From contig NMRA01000592.1 in assembly GCA_002633005.1 (NCBI GenBank), forward strand, positions 195,656 through 259,655: a stretch of 64,000 nucleotides of DNA. Direction: 5' to 3'. The notes beneath the pieces were generated by a model that saw only the letters and a list, made by a program, of their open reading frames with translations, made no database searches and was not told the DNA's origin. Numbering within the stretch: position 1 is the first letter of the stretch; the number at the start of each line of letters is the position of its first letter. Both the position numbers and the translations under genes were made by a program. Shown here piece after piece: positions 1 to 14,800 of this stretch. This DNA comes from Phoronis australis (taxonomy: Eukaryota > Animalia > Phoronida).

Positions 1-1139
1 AATTATTTGGTAGCATAGCAATCTTATAAAAGGTGGATTATTTAGGAGTGAAAAGTTTGATTACATTATGAAGTTTATCATGTTATAGGTGATCAAAGCT
101 GTTGAGGTGAGGTGAGTTGTATATTTGGGAACTCTTTACTGGATGCGTATACTGGGGTAGTAACCATTCCATGGTAGTATGTCTTAATCCCAGCTATGAT
201 ATCCTAAACCCCAGTCCTGTGCCAGCAAATACCAAACCTCCAGTACAAATTCCATACCAGTGTGTCTACACTACATTTGTGTATTGAAAATAGCACTTCA
301 TGCTTGGAGAGCGGACCAAACTCCAGTCCCATACCCATGGTCAGGTGATGGCCATCCAGGCACGCCTGAATAAACTGGAAAGTTCATATGAAAAATTCAG
401 CACCAAGTGGTCTCTACAACCACCTTAAGTTTGTCTTCTTGTGGTGACATATTGGTTTTGCTGCACCTGAATTTGGACTTCCTGCTCTGAGTTTGGAAAG
501 CAATGAGACGGGTTTGATAATGGGACTTTACATGTTTGGTAAAGCATGTGGTCACTTTGATTTAATTTGGACACTAGTTCAAGCACACATTCTAACAAGT
601 CAAACCTCCAACAGTGTCGACATGGACTTTCACACTACCTTCTTGAATTTTTAGCAATAACCATGATGGAGTTTGCATGTTTCTGATGGTGTAGTGACCA
701 CATGGGCTGTCTACCCTTAGTGCATATATGGCCGGTGAATCAGGTGGCATTTGGCGTTCAGAGCCGAGGTCTAACCTCTACACTTGTAACGAGTCAAAAA
801 TCAGCCAGTATTGCATGACAGGCTTGGAGTAAACATATTACAAATTTATTCTCAAATTATGCGTGGTGATTGGTTAAGTTTCAAGTCTGTGTTCAGAGAG
901 ACTTGCCCCTGGTCTGCCATCTCTACATTTTTGTGTCTTTCCAAATTCTGGAGCTGATAGGTATTGATTGGTCTATCTTGAATAACGTTATTGGTCCTTA
1001 AAGCAAATACAGAAAAATGGAAATGAAAACGAGATGTGGAATAAGTAATTAAAGCACTGTCTTTTTTCTGGAGAATGTGTTTTAAAATTGAGTGATTTTT
1101 GTTTTTGCACGAGTGTGGTGTCCTTACCTGAACTTAATA

Positions 1140-1230
1140 TATTACAGGTGTATTACATATTTATTACACATACATTACACATACATTACACATGCATTAC
1201 ACATACATTACATATATACATCACACATAC
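1140..1230. repeat. (acacatacatt)n simple repeat
   Basis: direct reading. Confidence 0.8.
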
Positions 1231-2269
1231 CCTTGTTACGCATACTTTGGTAGCTCAACCCATGTAATGTGTATACTTTCTCATGCAGCGGATAGTTATG
1301 GTGCAGACATTTTATGACAACCTTCAGTCCAATACCACCTACAGTGTTGCTCTCTTGTAGTTGGCTTGTGTTAGGACAATAATCAACATTGTACTATCAA
1401 GGGTTCTCTCTTGTTCTCTAACTTTTCTTTACAATTCTGTACTACCAAAGTACAGGCTGATTGCACACTTGGTAACTATCAAAAACACATTACTTTCAAT
1501 CAACAGGTATTGTTGGACTCCTCTAATAAACACTGTGGTTTACTGAGAAAACATGTAGCCAGTAGTTGAGTAAGTGTGTCTTGAACACTTTTACTGTACT
1601 CTTGCCAACTTATCCTCACCAGGTATGTTGACTGAGTGAACCATGACATTCACCTTATCGTGTTATCAGATAGTCATTTGTATGCCTAATTGAAACTGGC
1701 TGTGAATGTATCAGATTGAGAAATGTCACTGACTGAGGATTGGTGTGGCTACTGATCTAATAACTAGCTCAGGTGGTGTATGAAAGGTCAGGTACAGAAT
1801 ATAGTGTCGTGTGAACATTCACTTACTTTCTGGTCTTGTAATGGCTCCATGCGAATCTTGTCAGAACCAGTTTGGTGCTCATTATGCACTGGAGCGGGGG
1901 GGGGCGACGAATTTAAAAATATGGTTCCCTGTAAACGAGTAACCACTGTTTTTATAGATGAAGAGCAATTCTAATGTTAAAAAGGTGCCTTAGTGTTGAA
2001 TTGGCCTGTTTATGGCTCAAAAACTAGTCTTTTGAGAACATTTGTATTAAGCTAACTACTAATGTGTTGCTGAGTAGTTGTTGTAATTCAGATGGCAAGA
2101 CATCCAGTTTTGTATTGACTGTTTTGTTCAAAAGTATTTTGTCATTTGTGCTATGCTGCTTGTAAGTTAAAAGTCTGCCTTTGGCTTATTCCAAGGTTAG
2201 CAGTATTGTTTTCTTATAGACTTTAACACCTCCTTCAAAACTGTCCTTTGAAACTGTAAATATAACTTA

Positions 2270-2600
2270 GAGCCTCCAACTAACTGTGATTATGTATGTT
2301 AGTTGGAACCTCCAACTAACTGTGATTATTTATGTTAGTTGGAACCTCCAACACATACATAATCACAGTTAGTTGGAACCTCCAACACATACATAATCAC
2401 AGTTAGTTGGAGGTTCCAACTAACGATGACTGTATGACTTGGTTCCTCTAACGAGCTATGACTAGGATTTGGAGCTTCCAGCTTAGCTTTAATGTAAATA
2501 TGACTTGGGGTTTCCAGCTAACTATGATTGTAAATGTGATGCAGAGCTTCTAACTAGCTATGACTGTAAATAAGACTTGAAACTTCCAACTAGAGCTATG
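2270..2600. repeat. ~36-bp minisatellite with an internal inversion (palindrome ~2273-2412)
   Basis: cctccaactaactgtgattatgtatgt x2, then its reverse complement acatacataatcacagttagttgga x2, then degenerate units. Confidence 0.85.
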
Positions 2601-2814
2601 AGTGCAATGAACTCATTGCCCCCCCCCCTCCCTCCGATCAGTAGAGGTATAATNTTGCCCCCCCCCCCCTCCCTCCGATCAGTAGAGGTATAATCTCCAT
2701 AAAGTGTTCTAGAGTACTGGGTACAGATTTGATTGATGAAAACTGAATTCTTTTAAAGGTGGATTGAATACAACTGTGGCATATTTAGACTGTCATTCAG
2801 GTATACTTTTGCAG

Positions 2815-2870
2815 GTGTTCCACTGCCTAAAATCACTGAAGAACCAGCAAGAGTGACATGCAGGCCTAAG
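2815..2870 (+). CDS. exon (VPLPKITEEPARVTCRPK), phase 1->0
   Basis: ttttgcag| ... AAG|gtaggt. Confidence 0.65.
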
Positions 2871-5800
2871 GTAGGTGGTTTGTCTGTCATGTTCTGCTAT
2901 GGGAACTCTTGAATTGTATCCAGGTGACCACTTGAACCAGCGCAAGTTGCACCTGGGAAAACTTATGCCTGATCAGCTGAGTGCCCACAAAACAATGCCA
3001 CGTGCCAAACCAGTAGTAGAAGGCTGAACAAACACAGCTTTGGATTGTTCCGGGTAAAAAGTGAACAAAGTACGGGGTTCTTTTGTATACAAAGTAAATG
3101 AAAGCAGACAGCAACTGCTTGTGACCCGTGTTGTGTTTCGGTCTATCATTACAATTATCGCCAGGTCCAGTTCTCCAAATGACTATGTTTTATGTGCGTT
3201 CACACATGACATTAGTAACTACAGAATTCAAACTATTTCTTACTGCCTTATCATGTTATGCTCTACATGATAAAGTGAATCTAAGTATGCTTCCCATAAC
3301 AGTTATCTGTGGGCCTGTACTCTAATTTATCATTTGTCATTGATATAAATTGATAATCTGATGGAGTGTCATAGGCTATGCTCCATAATTTGATTTGTGG
3401 ATGTCTGTTATTTCAGATTTAAACTTAGTATATGGATTTGAGTTTATAGCATTGTTGTAGTCTGTGTGAAGGGTTTTAATTTGTAGCCTGGTCTGCGTTT
3501 GTTTTTCAGAATGATAGTATGGACGTAACAGATGCTGATGGGGAGTGGAGTGAAGAGTCAGCAGAATTCAACTCTGGTCAGTGCATTAAGAAGCTCAATA
3601 CTAACCATGTGGTAATAAGGAAGTATATTCCTCTGTTTCTTCGCTGAGACTAGAAGACGGTTTTTCATTCATAGAGATATGCGTGTAGGCTAAGGGTCAT
3701 ACGTGGGGTCATAGGTGACGACCTGAGTTCTGACTGAACTGTTGTTTCTTAGGTAATGGCCAGACTTCAGGTGGTTATTTCATTGGTACTACTTAGTGAC
3801 AAAGTTTGGGCTTAGAAGGAGTTTCTACTTATATTTGATTGCGATTGCTGTTCTTACCTGAGATTGTAGTTTGCACTTCCTTTTAATCGACATGACAACT
3901 TTCAATCATTGTCATTGTATCAAAGGGTTATGGAATGGTCATTGAAAGCTAATACCTTACAATTTAGTCTTGACAGATGATGTAAAGAGTGTGCTGAATG
4001 TCTGTCTGTTGAAGGTCATTTGTAACCTTTCAGATTGTGAGTCGGCTGCACAGATAGCTAATAGTAAAGAAGATAAAGAAGTCAAACAACGTACAAGCAC
4101 CAAAGAAGTGGTTAAACCATCTCCAGCAGTTCCTGTGTCTTCAGCTGCAGTGAAGCCAGTCAATGTGCTCAACCTCAAGTCTGTTGACGATTTGATGGAC
4201 AAAATTGATGCTGAGATTGACAGTTTTTCCATAGCACCAGTAGTAGGTTTTTGACATTGTCACTAAATCTTTTGTCCTCTTGGGTACACTTGGGTATTTG
4301 AACATTGTACACGATCTCCACATCTTGTGTTTTCTAGGGTAAACTTGGGTATTTGAACATTTTATACTATCACTTCATTTTGTAAACTTGGCTATTTTGG
4401 CATTGAATACTATATCACTACATCTTGTGTTCTGTTAGGTAAATTTGGGTATTTTTTGCAAAGCAGTCTCAGTACATTTTTCTTATATTTGATGTGCTGC
4501 TGGCACTGGCAGCTTGTGTTACATGATGACGGGTAGTAATAAACACTTCTAGTTGTTCACATCTGCCAAGTGATCTTACAACATTGCAAACAAGAGATTT
4601 TACCTAAGAATTCAATGTACCATATGTCTGTTTACTCTTATTATCTTAGTACAGATTATGGTAAAAATTCTCCAGTTTACAACAGGTCAAGACCAGAGGT
4701 TGTACCAAATTTTAGAAATAGGCAATTGGCTGTCCCAAGTTCAAGAATTATGATAAGTGACAAATAATCATTCACTGTTACACATTATCGGGACACGTGA
4801 AAGTGTTGCAACGGCGGCTATTTTTTACCAATTGAAGAACTAAAAAGTCTATTATCAGACTCACTTGATACAAAACACAGTGTTCGATATTTGAAAAATA
4901 TGATAAGCGCCAAAACTGCTCATGTCCCCATCTTCATAATCAAGAAAATTCAACTTCAACTTGAATTTCGGTGTCCCAAAAATTAGAGACCGTCCCAAAC
5001 TGGAGAATTTTTACCATTACTGTCTGTTTGCTTCATGCAAAAAATTGTGTCATCGACTATTCAATTCTGGTTTATTTTTTCAGCCAATCACTGTTGTTAC
5101 AAAGAAACCTCCGAAATACCAGCCACTCAAGGTCCAAGTTACCGCGCAGTCTGAACAGACCACAGATTCATTATGTGAGTTGATACTCCAGTGTTGTGTG
5201 AAGTGTCATTGCATTGTAAGTGTGTATTCAGTCCCCCTTGAAATGTATCATGTATTGCTCTGGTAAATATTGTTAGTTGCTATTTGAAACCCATGATTGT
5301 TATTTACAATATTCTAGGTTGAGAATGGTTCAGTTTATTCAATACCATCTAATTCCAATGTTTTGATAAAAGATCTTTGCATGGTCTTTGCCACTACTTC
5401 TTATTCTGTGTGCAGTGAGGAAGGTTGGTTTCAAAAAACCTCATGTGGTTACAAATTAAGATTATTATATAGCGAGGCTGTTAGTTCCTGTATCTAGTAA
5501 TTTCCATACAGTACAATCTAAAAGTATTTAAACAAAATGACCCGGAATTTCCTGTCATGATGGCTGGGCAGAAACTGAATTCATCGTCCCCCATATGATG
5601 GAGAACGAAGGGGAATTAACAGGAAATTTAGTAAGTCATTTTGTAAATAGAATTTTGCCACCCCAATAGATAGCAGTAGTTATTTTGCTGTTAACTGAAT
5701 TAGCCTTCATGGCAGTGAAACTGTATTTTGTCTGATTACTTTTTTGTCTTTTGTTGTAATTCCTCCAAATCCCACGAGGGGAGTAGATATGGGGAAATAT

Positions 5801-8800
5801 TGCTGAAGACGTGTGATAACATAATTATCCCACACATTCAGCAATAGACTACAAAACTCATGAATAAAAAAAAATATCCAAACATTCGTTTTGCGTGATG
5901 CCAGTCATCCCCTTACAGCTCAGCGGATTGAATCACAGATGTGAGTGTCTTCTGTAGAACATCGAAGCATGCCCAACATGTTTTCCCCGCCAGATTGTTA
6001 TCTCCCATGGAAAATAACTTAATTTATTACTACACACTAGTTATCTGTGGTTTTGGTGAGTTTGGGGAAGATATTATGTAATAAGGGTATCTTATACAGA
6101 TTTCATATCCTGACCTATCAACACAGCAATAAATTAGTAACTTTCTCGTTCTAGTGTTATCCAAAGAACAGTCAGAAAAATCAAAGGACACAGGCCTCGG
6201 ATCAGCGAGTGTACCGGAGGACAGTAAATCATCTGACATGGATCGTAATAATAGACTGTTCTCAGACTCAGAATCTGATTTGTCAGATCTTAATGATGGT
6301 AAGGGGCCTTACTACTCATACTAGTCAGTTACCAGTTGCACAAACTTCAAGTAAAACGCAAGAAATAGATAGATGCATGTACTGAATGGTGTTTTGTTCC
6401 TGGAGCGCAGTTTATGAAATGCTGTTATAAGTTTAATTTTCTACTTTCTACATTTATTAATGGCACTGTTATGCAGATCTGACATTACTCACGCGAACAT
6501 GCTTTTATTTGGGGTTTGTGCTATTTTTATAACTTTCATTATTTGCATTTGCCTTTATTTCTTGAAACAGGTGGTTTGTCGAAAACTCACTGGCTTATTA
6601 GAAATTTATTTTTACATGGTTTTCATATCAGCACTGAAATATTAAACTCCTTATCGCCATGTTATACACCCACAAAATTAATCTGCATGCATGTGAGTCC
6701 CTCTGGTGTACACTGCTGGGCCAAGAGTCCGGTCTCTCGCTCCAGGTGATCAGTGCAGTCGCCCCACCTGAACAGCCTGTGCAGGTTTGGTACAACTACC
6801 AGACTGCCTGTAAATATTTTTGTGTGTGTATGTATGTGTCTGGGCATCCGTGAGCATCTCTATCTATCCGGCAATCCACTGCGTATCTCCCTTTCAAGAA
6901 ACTGCCCAACAAATCTTCATGATATTTGACAAATGTATCAAAGACGAGAATGGGACATGCAAATGGAGGCCACTAATGCTGTGCCCCTCATATTATTTGT
7001 TTGCTTCTGTCTATAACAGATTCCTTGATAGATCTTTATGAATATTTATACATTCCTATTCAAAAGAAGACATCATTTACCTATTTTCAGATGAATCTGG
7101 CAAGTGCTGTGCCCCTTGTGGTAGTTTTGATTTTGTTGGTTATTTTTGACACTCATCTGCCTGTTTTCCAAATACCCAGAAGTCCTAAAAGGTATCAATT
7201 AAACTTGCCACATGCTAGTGTCAAATGTCTAGCGAACCATTTTGCCCCTTTGTGGCAATTTCAGTTGATTTATTTCTCATTTGAAAATTTTGAAAGCCTC
7301 TCAACTACTTTAAACAAAATGTTTTAATTCCAGGTTTGTTTAACAACTTACGATACCTACAGATTTTTTTCTGATTCCAACTACTGCAGCACTTTTGATT
7401 GCCCAATTTGGTTTGAAAGTTTCTTTTAGTCAGATAGAGGCATCATTTATTGGTGGATTCTGATTTTGTATATGATAGTAATGGCGTCATACAGGAGGTC
7501 ACCACTGGTCCTGCACCAATACAGCTGCAGGTGGTCTACCTTTGTGTTCCTCGTTAAAATGTTAAACGTGCTTTCCACCTGCTTTCTTCCAAGAATACCA
7601 CTTTTGATTCACACCATTCACTCTTAAAACGGTCCCAAGTTGATACTCAGTGCATAAAATGGCCGATACAGTTAAGACAACCTGTTCAACATGGTTTCGA
7701 CCATTCTCAAACTTTTGGTTCTTATAAACTCTAGGAATCACTTCTTATCTGAACAAGATGCAATTTGATGGTGGTCAGATATCTCTGAGTGTTTCTGAAT
7801 TTCTTGGTAGGAACAAGAACTGTTTGTTTCCGTTTTTACTGGGTAATTTAATTCAGGAATTGAAAATGATATTCTTACATGTATACAGTGCCATCTATTG
7901 AACCGAGTGAGGAACTTGACTCTGATGCCGCACAGACAGTCAATAAAAATTACAAGGAAATAATGAAGAAGAAACGAGGTAAATGCATTGTTATGTTGGG
8001 GTTGGGTGAAATGTTGTGTGGCGCTTAGTGTGATACCTTGTGTGATACTATATTGCAGTATATGTGATAACTACATGTACTGTCTTCTCTTGTCTTGCAC
8101 CCTGTTAAATCGCCATTCTTTGTCTTTACTCTATAAACCCCTTCTGAATCAGACGAGGTGAATTCACAACACATTTCACCTTATAATAACAAAGCACATG
8201 ACAGTGTAGTGAATATGTGTTACCATCTTCAATTTGCAGTGTCTGACATGTTTTCGGTAGACACTCACTCTTTTTGCAATTTGAACATTTGTATTGCACG
8301 TGAATCCTTTTGCCTGTGATCTGCATAAAGTCTTGTTGCAGTAAAAGCTATGTGTCTGTGATCTACTGTCCCGTGTCTGACTCCCCAAACCCACTTAATG
8401 TGACAACTTGTGATGTCTGTCTTGTGTGTCACTGTTGGCTTTCGTGTCCCCCAGGTGGCTATCTAAGGAACTTGAAAACACAATGCTTAGACAGTGATCT
8501 TGAGTCGGTGCGCACTGAAGACTTTGAAGTTACATTCTGCTTAGAAATGGCAAATCTTCCAGTTCAAGGTAATCATGAAATCGCCGTGAAACAAAGTCTG
8601 AAACTAAGCTGCAAGAGCTATAGTTCTGGGTCTGAGAATGAAAGCTTTTAACAATTTATGCAATTTTTACCCAATAAATAACAAGCTTATGACAGATCCT
8701 TGACTGTCAAACTGCCTCGGTAAACAGGATGCAATGCAACATGCTGACACATTCAAGGAGAATTATGAGAATTTTGTATGATTTGCTAATTGTTCGGAAT

Positions 8801-11800
8801 GAAAATGACTTATTGGATAGTACCATACATTAGGAATTTGAAAAGGTTTAAGTATGAGCACTTTTGAAACTGGAAATTGATGTCACATTCATTGCATTCT
8901 TTTAATCGTGCCTGTCCCAAGAATTGTGTTCTGATGCTCGAGTTGCTTTTGAGTTCTTGTATTAAAGGTTTCATTGGGTAATTTTGCTAGGGACACTGGG
9001 ACTGTTTTACAGCTGTTTATTATTCGAGATCTGCTGATAAATGACTTCTCACCATTGGGTACCCTGGCTGAGAGTTGGATTCAGAGATCAAAACGCAAGT
9101 ATCACTGGTATACTCCGAGAACTTGGAACGCTTTCTACATACTCGGTCCCTGCCTCTGAGAGTGATGACTTTCTGTGCTACACTGTAGGTTTAAGTTAAT
9201 GGGTCCCTGGACAGTTTCCCCCATCATTAATACATTCGCTGATAAATGTCTTCAGTCTATAGTTTGACTCGCTTTCAGAGTTTGAAACACAGCCGAGCAT
9301 CTGCACTTATATGTGTAGTTTGATGGCTGCTGGGAAATTCTCTCCACATACCCTCTACAACTGCATACTTTTACATTTACGCGTTAAATGAATGTAGACC
9401 ATGTAGGATTGGTGGGTCATCTCGTGGCTTTTGGCATGTTTTGCAAAAAAGAGGCAACATGGATCCCTGAAAAAAGCTTTCACCACACGCATCTAATTGG
9501 GCACAGAACAGAAATCTGACATCGAAAGTTTGATAAACACAATGATCAGAATGAGGCACACTTTGACAAGTTCAGTGAAAACCTCATGAACAAACTATCG
9601 TGTCTAGTGTCAGCAATACTATTTGGTTGGCTGGTGGCAGGCGCGTCAATTTTGCCAGGCAACTGGTGCATGGGGGTTTGTGAATCCAAGACTTTTGTTG
9701 TAGGATACTGCCCAGTTAGGTCTGTGGAGTTTCTGCATGAATGAGTAGAAAAAATGTAACTGTTTGTGTATATGTGTGTGTGTGCGCGTGTTTGACTAAC
9801 CAGCACTTGTAACACACAGGCGCACTGCACAAGAAACTGCTCAAGAAAAACATGGCTCACTATGGCAGTGACACAGACACGGTGAGAACGGAGGACTTTG
9901 CTGATAAGTTCCAGGAAATCAGTGTCCCACCAGAGGGAAAGAGAGGTGAGGTCATGAATGTTCCATGTGCTGTTACATTTCTGTCTGCATTTATACGGCT
10001 TGTTGGTGTTCATTATACCACGAAATCAGATTTATTCTTCTGAAGTATGAGGTTGTTTTATCTATTGTCACAAGAAGACACTTAATGATCTGTTGTCACA
10101 AGAATGCTTAGCAAAGCCATTACCACCAGAAGTGATGTTTTTATAGTCCTCATGCTTTTACACGCGAGTCCCACTAGCACGTGATGTCTGCCATTTATGC
10201 CAATAAAGCATTGGGAAAACTTTCACTCTTGAAAATCGGGGAAAAAACAATTAATTAAAATTGGTGAAGCAGGTCAGCGTATAATCTCGTTTTCACAGTT
10301 TAATTCTGACTGCGATATGATCCTGACTGAAGTGATGTAATCCTGATTTTGATGGGATCCTGACTGTGAAGAGATCCTGGCTGTGATGGGACGTTTCAAT
10401 CATTGCCTTAGTTTCCAAAAACATATATTGTATATTAATCTTAATTGCCAAAACTCTATGTGGCCCTAGATCCTGTTTCGTAACCGAATTTCTTCGACAT
10501 TAGGCACAAAACCACCCCTCAGTTATTTTTGTTCATCCTCAAGAAATTTAGAAAAAGCGTATTTCTCACAATTCCATGTCGTGGCATATAGGTAACGTGC
10601 CACGTCCTGGTTGATAGGTCATATGTGGGTGTTCGCAAGTTACTTTGATCTCGTTCTAAACTTGGGGTGCTCTCGGGACACATTTTTGCATTGTTGTGAG
10701 TTCTTCTTACTAACATTCTGCATGCTTTTTGTGACGTTGCATTGTGCCAGGTTCTCGTGCAAGTTGCTTTCATAATCGTTTTCATTTAACCGTTTCTGTG
10801 TTAAAAGTATTCTCTGTTTTTACCCTGGTATTGTGATACCCCAGTGTACTCAATAAGGTAACACGTGCAATTTTCGAATTCGTAGTTTTTTACCTTGCCA
10901 ACCTGAATGAAGTCTGAAGTAGTTTCTTAGGTGTTGATGGTTTCTTTGTTCTTGTTGTGAATGCAAATAAAATCCTACAACGGCATGGAATATTATGAGA
11001 CTTATTTTATGAGAGTGTAAGGCTTAATTCAATTTTCATTTCTTAGCCAGCTAAACTAGGTGAAATGCAGCTCTAAACTAATACAAAACAGTCTCAATCA
11101 ACAAAATAGCTTGCAACGGCTCTATTATGATTCCACTGACGGTAGTTCCCTCCGTGCATGAAATGACCATGATTACAATGTTTTCAAAAGTGTACAATCG
11201 TCACATGTTTGCAAACTCGTTGCTGTAACTGGCAACACTATTAGCCTGTACCCGCAAAACAAAAGCAGTGTCCCACTCACTCTTGAGGAACCAATTCCTT
11301 GTGAACAGTGCCCTGCACTTCAGAAAATAGCAATCGATATGGACTTCACATTGCTTCATACTCATAACTGTATATCCACGTTTCATCACCAGTAATGATT
11401 ACTGAATTTTTAAGACAAAGTCCGGGTCAGTTCTGTTCTCACTTTTAAGAAGAATATTCATGTATTCCGCAAGTAATTCACCAACTTTTTACTTATCGAA
11501 GTTCATGGTTTTGCTTACCTCGGAGGAGATCACTGTGCATGAAGGATAATGTTTTATTTGGTGACAATTTTTGGATTGGCATCTGTCACTATAGGGTAGC
11601 ATGCACTATGCATTTGCTTATTTTGAAAACTGCAGTTATATATGAGTGAGTCTTGGTTCAAACCAGAAATACTAATGCTTATCATTCGAAATACAAGTTT
11701 TAAGAAGAATGATTTTATTTGTTTATTAAAGGAATGTAGACACAAGGTGTTAAAATTGCATTGATTTGGTCTTGAAAACGCATTTTCCAAGCTCAATTTA

Positions 11801-14800
11801 AGCTACATATCAAACCTGTTAGCAGTTTTCTTATTTTAATATTGTATTTATGGTCTTTTGCTAAGTGTTATAGTGCTTAAGCCATGTTTTAAGGATAATG
11901 GACTTCATAGGTAGCAATAGCAAAAATATTAGACATGGACCACAAGGTGTTTTGAAATTCAATAAAACATGAATTGCTACAATAGGACACAAATGGCTTG
12001 GTCAGTTAATGGTATGTAATTATCTTGTTATGATTATGGGGCTGAGTAGACTGATTCTGTTACACAAAGCTGCCTGGGCACTGTCAGCTGGCATTATAAA
12101 TAGTCTACATGAATACTTAAACAAACATTTGTTGTAGTGCTTAAAAGATTTGGCTTTGTGTACTGTACTGAATTAATCATTCATCGTTTCTCCACTCAGC
12201 TGTGTGTAACATAACATTTACTCTGTCACAGCAGCATTTGAATTTCAACTGTCAACTTGTTTTTTTTATTTTGGTCAAAATTTTGGGAGAACTGTGAATT
12301 TATGGATAGATATCATTTGAAAGGTAAGTTGAGAATGTGTAGCTATTTGGAGCGTGGTAGGGTCTCTGAAATTGTTATATGGTTTTTGTCTCACTAGTCA
12401 GTTGACTTCAATATCTTAGTCTATTGGTGATGCTTTTACTTTTTTTAGGACTGCAATGTTGATTTTCTGATATTCCTATAGTTGTATGGATAAAATTTGT
12501 TGTGTATGTTATTGATGACTTTAGACTAGTGACAGACACTCACGAAGGACATTCAGTAATATAACGAAGGACATTGATGTTGAGGAATAGTGTTTACTAG
12601 GATCAGCCCATCTTAAGGGAGCGCCAGTATTTACTGGCCTCCGCTTCAATTTACTGTTGTCTTATCTGAAGATGTCTATTGACTTGGTTGTCTAATCTAG
12701 TCATAAAGCAAAAGATACTGGACTATTGGGTTATTAGATTGTCATTGATTAGCCTGAAAGTTATGTATCAGTAATATGACACTGGTTTAATTCATGGACT
12801 TGCTTTATTAAAGCTTAAGGGTTTAACCTGTGGTGGAGGAATGGTAATCTTTTTCTGTGGGAAAAGCAGGCAGATGACCCAGACTGATGCAAAGTTGTAG
12901 CAAAGTGTCTTGTTTACTGTTTGCATAATTAATGTCATGAACACATTTAGTTGCATCGTAATAGTCAATAATTTGCCAGAGTGTTAAACTGCAGATGTAT
13001 ATTGATTTGATGGTCTAATCTAGTCATAAAGTAATATTTTGTTTTATTTATGAAGGTCATTTCATGCCTACTTTAATTTACTATTGGAGGAGCAGTGAGG
13101 TAAACTGTGTCAACAAACTTAATTAAGTATTTCAGACTACCTTAAGTAGCTTTAGGACAGCCAATTTATTGTTGTTTCCTGTCTGGGTCATCGAAATTAT
13201 CGAAAGACAATGCTCCGCAAAATGTTCTGCCAAAGCCTGTTCAATAATAAAAGCACCTGACCGCAAGCCATCGTTCACTTTTTGAACAGTTCTTAGTGAG
13301 TACTCTCAAGCGTTCTCGATCACTCTCGAAACCTGATATGCCTAGAGATCCAACACATTATTCTGGAAGAATGACAGTGATACTCTAAGAGGTACAATTA
13401 AAAGTGCACCATAACAAAATTGTAATATAGGGTAATTGTGGTGAATTTGGTATAAGAATTGTAAAGAAATGATTTAATTAAACTTAGATCCAAATAAACC
13501 GTTTATACCGACGGACAGTTCAAAACATCGATGTGTCAGTGTTGGTATGAAAGGCTCTTTAGAAGAACGATTGACTTCCCTGGTCGCACTTGTTCTGCAT
13601 TGTTGGTCTCTTCACTTTATTACTGTTATTTATCACTGTCAGTTCAGCTTTTTCTAATCAACCTACTGCTGTGTCTCCTAAATGTATTTCATTCCTGTGT
13701 TACCTACGTACCTCCTGTGGCTACCTTCTGTCAATGATACTGTTCTTATCAAACAGTTCTTTCGTGACAGGTGGCTTTCTGTCTAACGGAAACTCCAGTT
13801 CCCGCCGATCAAAGTCAAAAAATATCCCAAGTGACTTGGAGTCGACCAAGACCGAGGACTTTGAGACGACCTTCAAGACGATCATGGTGAAACATGTGGC
13901 TGGAGTGCCAGTTACAGCCTTTGACCAGAAGAACGTTGAAAGTGACATAGATACCGTACAGTCATGTTTAGTGCATGAAAAGTTCAAAGAAGCAATGGCT
14001 TCTTCACCTTGTAAGTTAGGCTGCACTTTTTCTCAAGAAATTATTCTATTGGCTAAAGATGGGAAATGAATATCAAACAAAGCAATTTAGCTTGTATGCC
14101 TTACATATGCTACAGTTATTATTCATCTCTTTTGAACTATCTATTTTGAAAATACTCGGGCTGCAGGAAGGTTCTGCGAATAATTTACAGTCTTTTACAA
14201 ACTCTTGTCAGCAACAGGGGGAACAGAGTATGACTAAGTGGAATTTGAATGTGCTCCCTGATATTTTTTAACTTCCAACCAACAAGTGACATAAATGTTC
14301 ATAAAAGGTCCTAGAATTTGTGGTGTTCTTTATGATTTAAAAATAAAGCTTGCAAAGTGTGATATCAAGTAAACCTGCCATGACAGTGCGTACTGGTGTT
14401 GCAGACAGAACAGTGTATGCAGATAGTGATGAGTCATTGTCAGGACTTGACTCAGAACCAGAGGCAGCAGGTGAGTGTTTTCTTTATCAGTTGTACTCAC
14501 ATGCAACTTGTTCTTATTTCTATGTTTATGGCAAAACTGGGCTTTCAGTGCATCTTGTTTCGCTTTTGGTTGGAACAATAACCAGTGACCTTCATTTGCA
14601 CAAAACCGTAAACGCCAATTCTTCCAGATGATCTGGGAATCTCTAGTGTTTTCATGAACTCTTTTGATTCCTAAAGAATGAAATTGCCTGGGTTTCAGTT
14701 TATTCTATGAATTTTACATGTTTCGAAGTTTTTGACTACTTAGAAAGCCTGTGCAAGAAATTGTGTTTAAAAGAGTGTTGCATAGGGCTATCCTGTAGTC

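Noticed and set aside
300-428. Short ORF MLGERTKLQ... as the first exon of the large gene
   Set aside because: Ends in a stop and has no phase-1 donor linking it to exon 2815; the true 5' end is probably upstream of the window
2616-2694. Exact ~38-bp direct duplication around a single N at 2654
   Set aside because: Looks like an unmerged contig overlap at a poly-C run; assembly artefact
6746-7530. Two AG/GT-bounded micro-exon candidates (6746-6784 and 7495-7530)
   Set aside because: They read best in phase 0, but the intron is phase 1; the first has a stop in phase 1 and the second has weak sites
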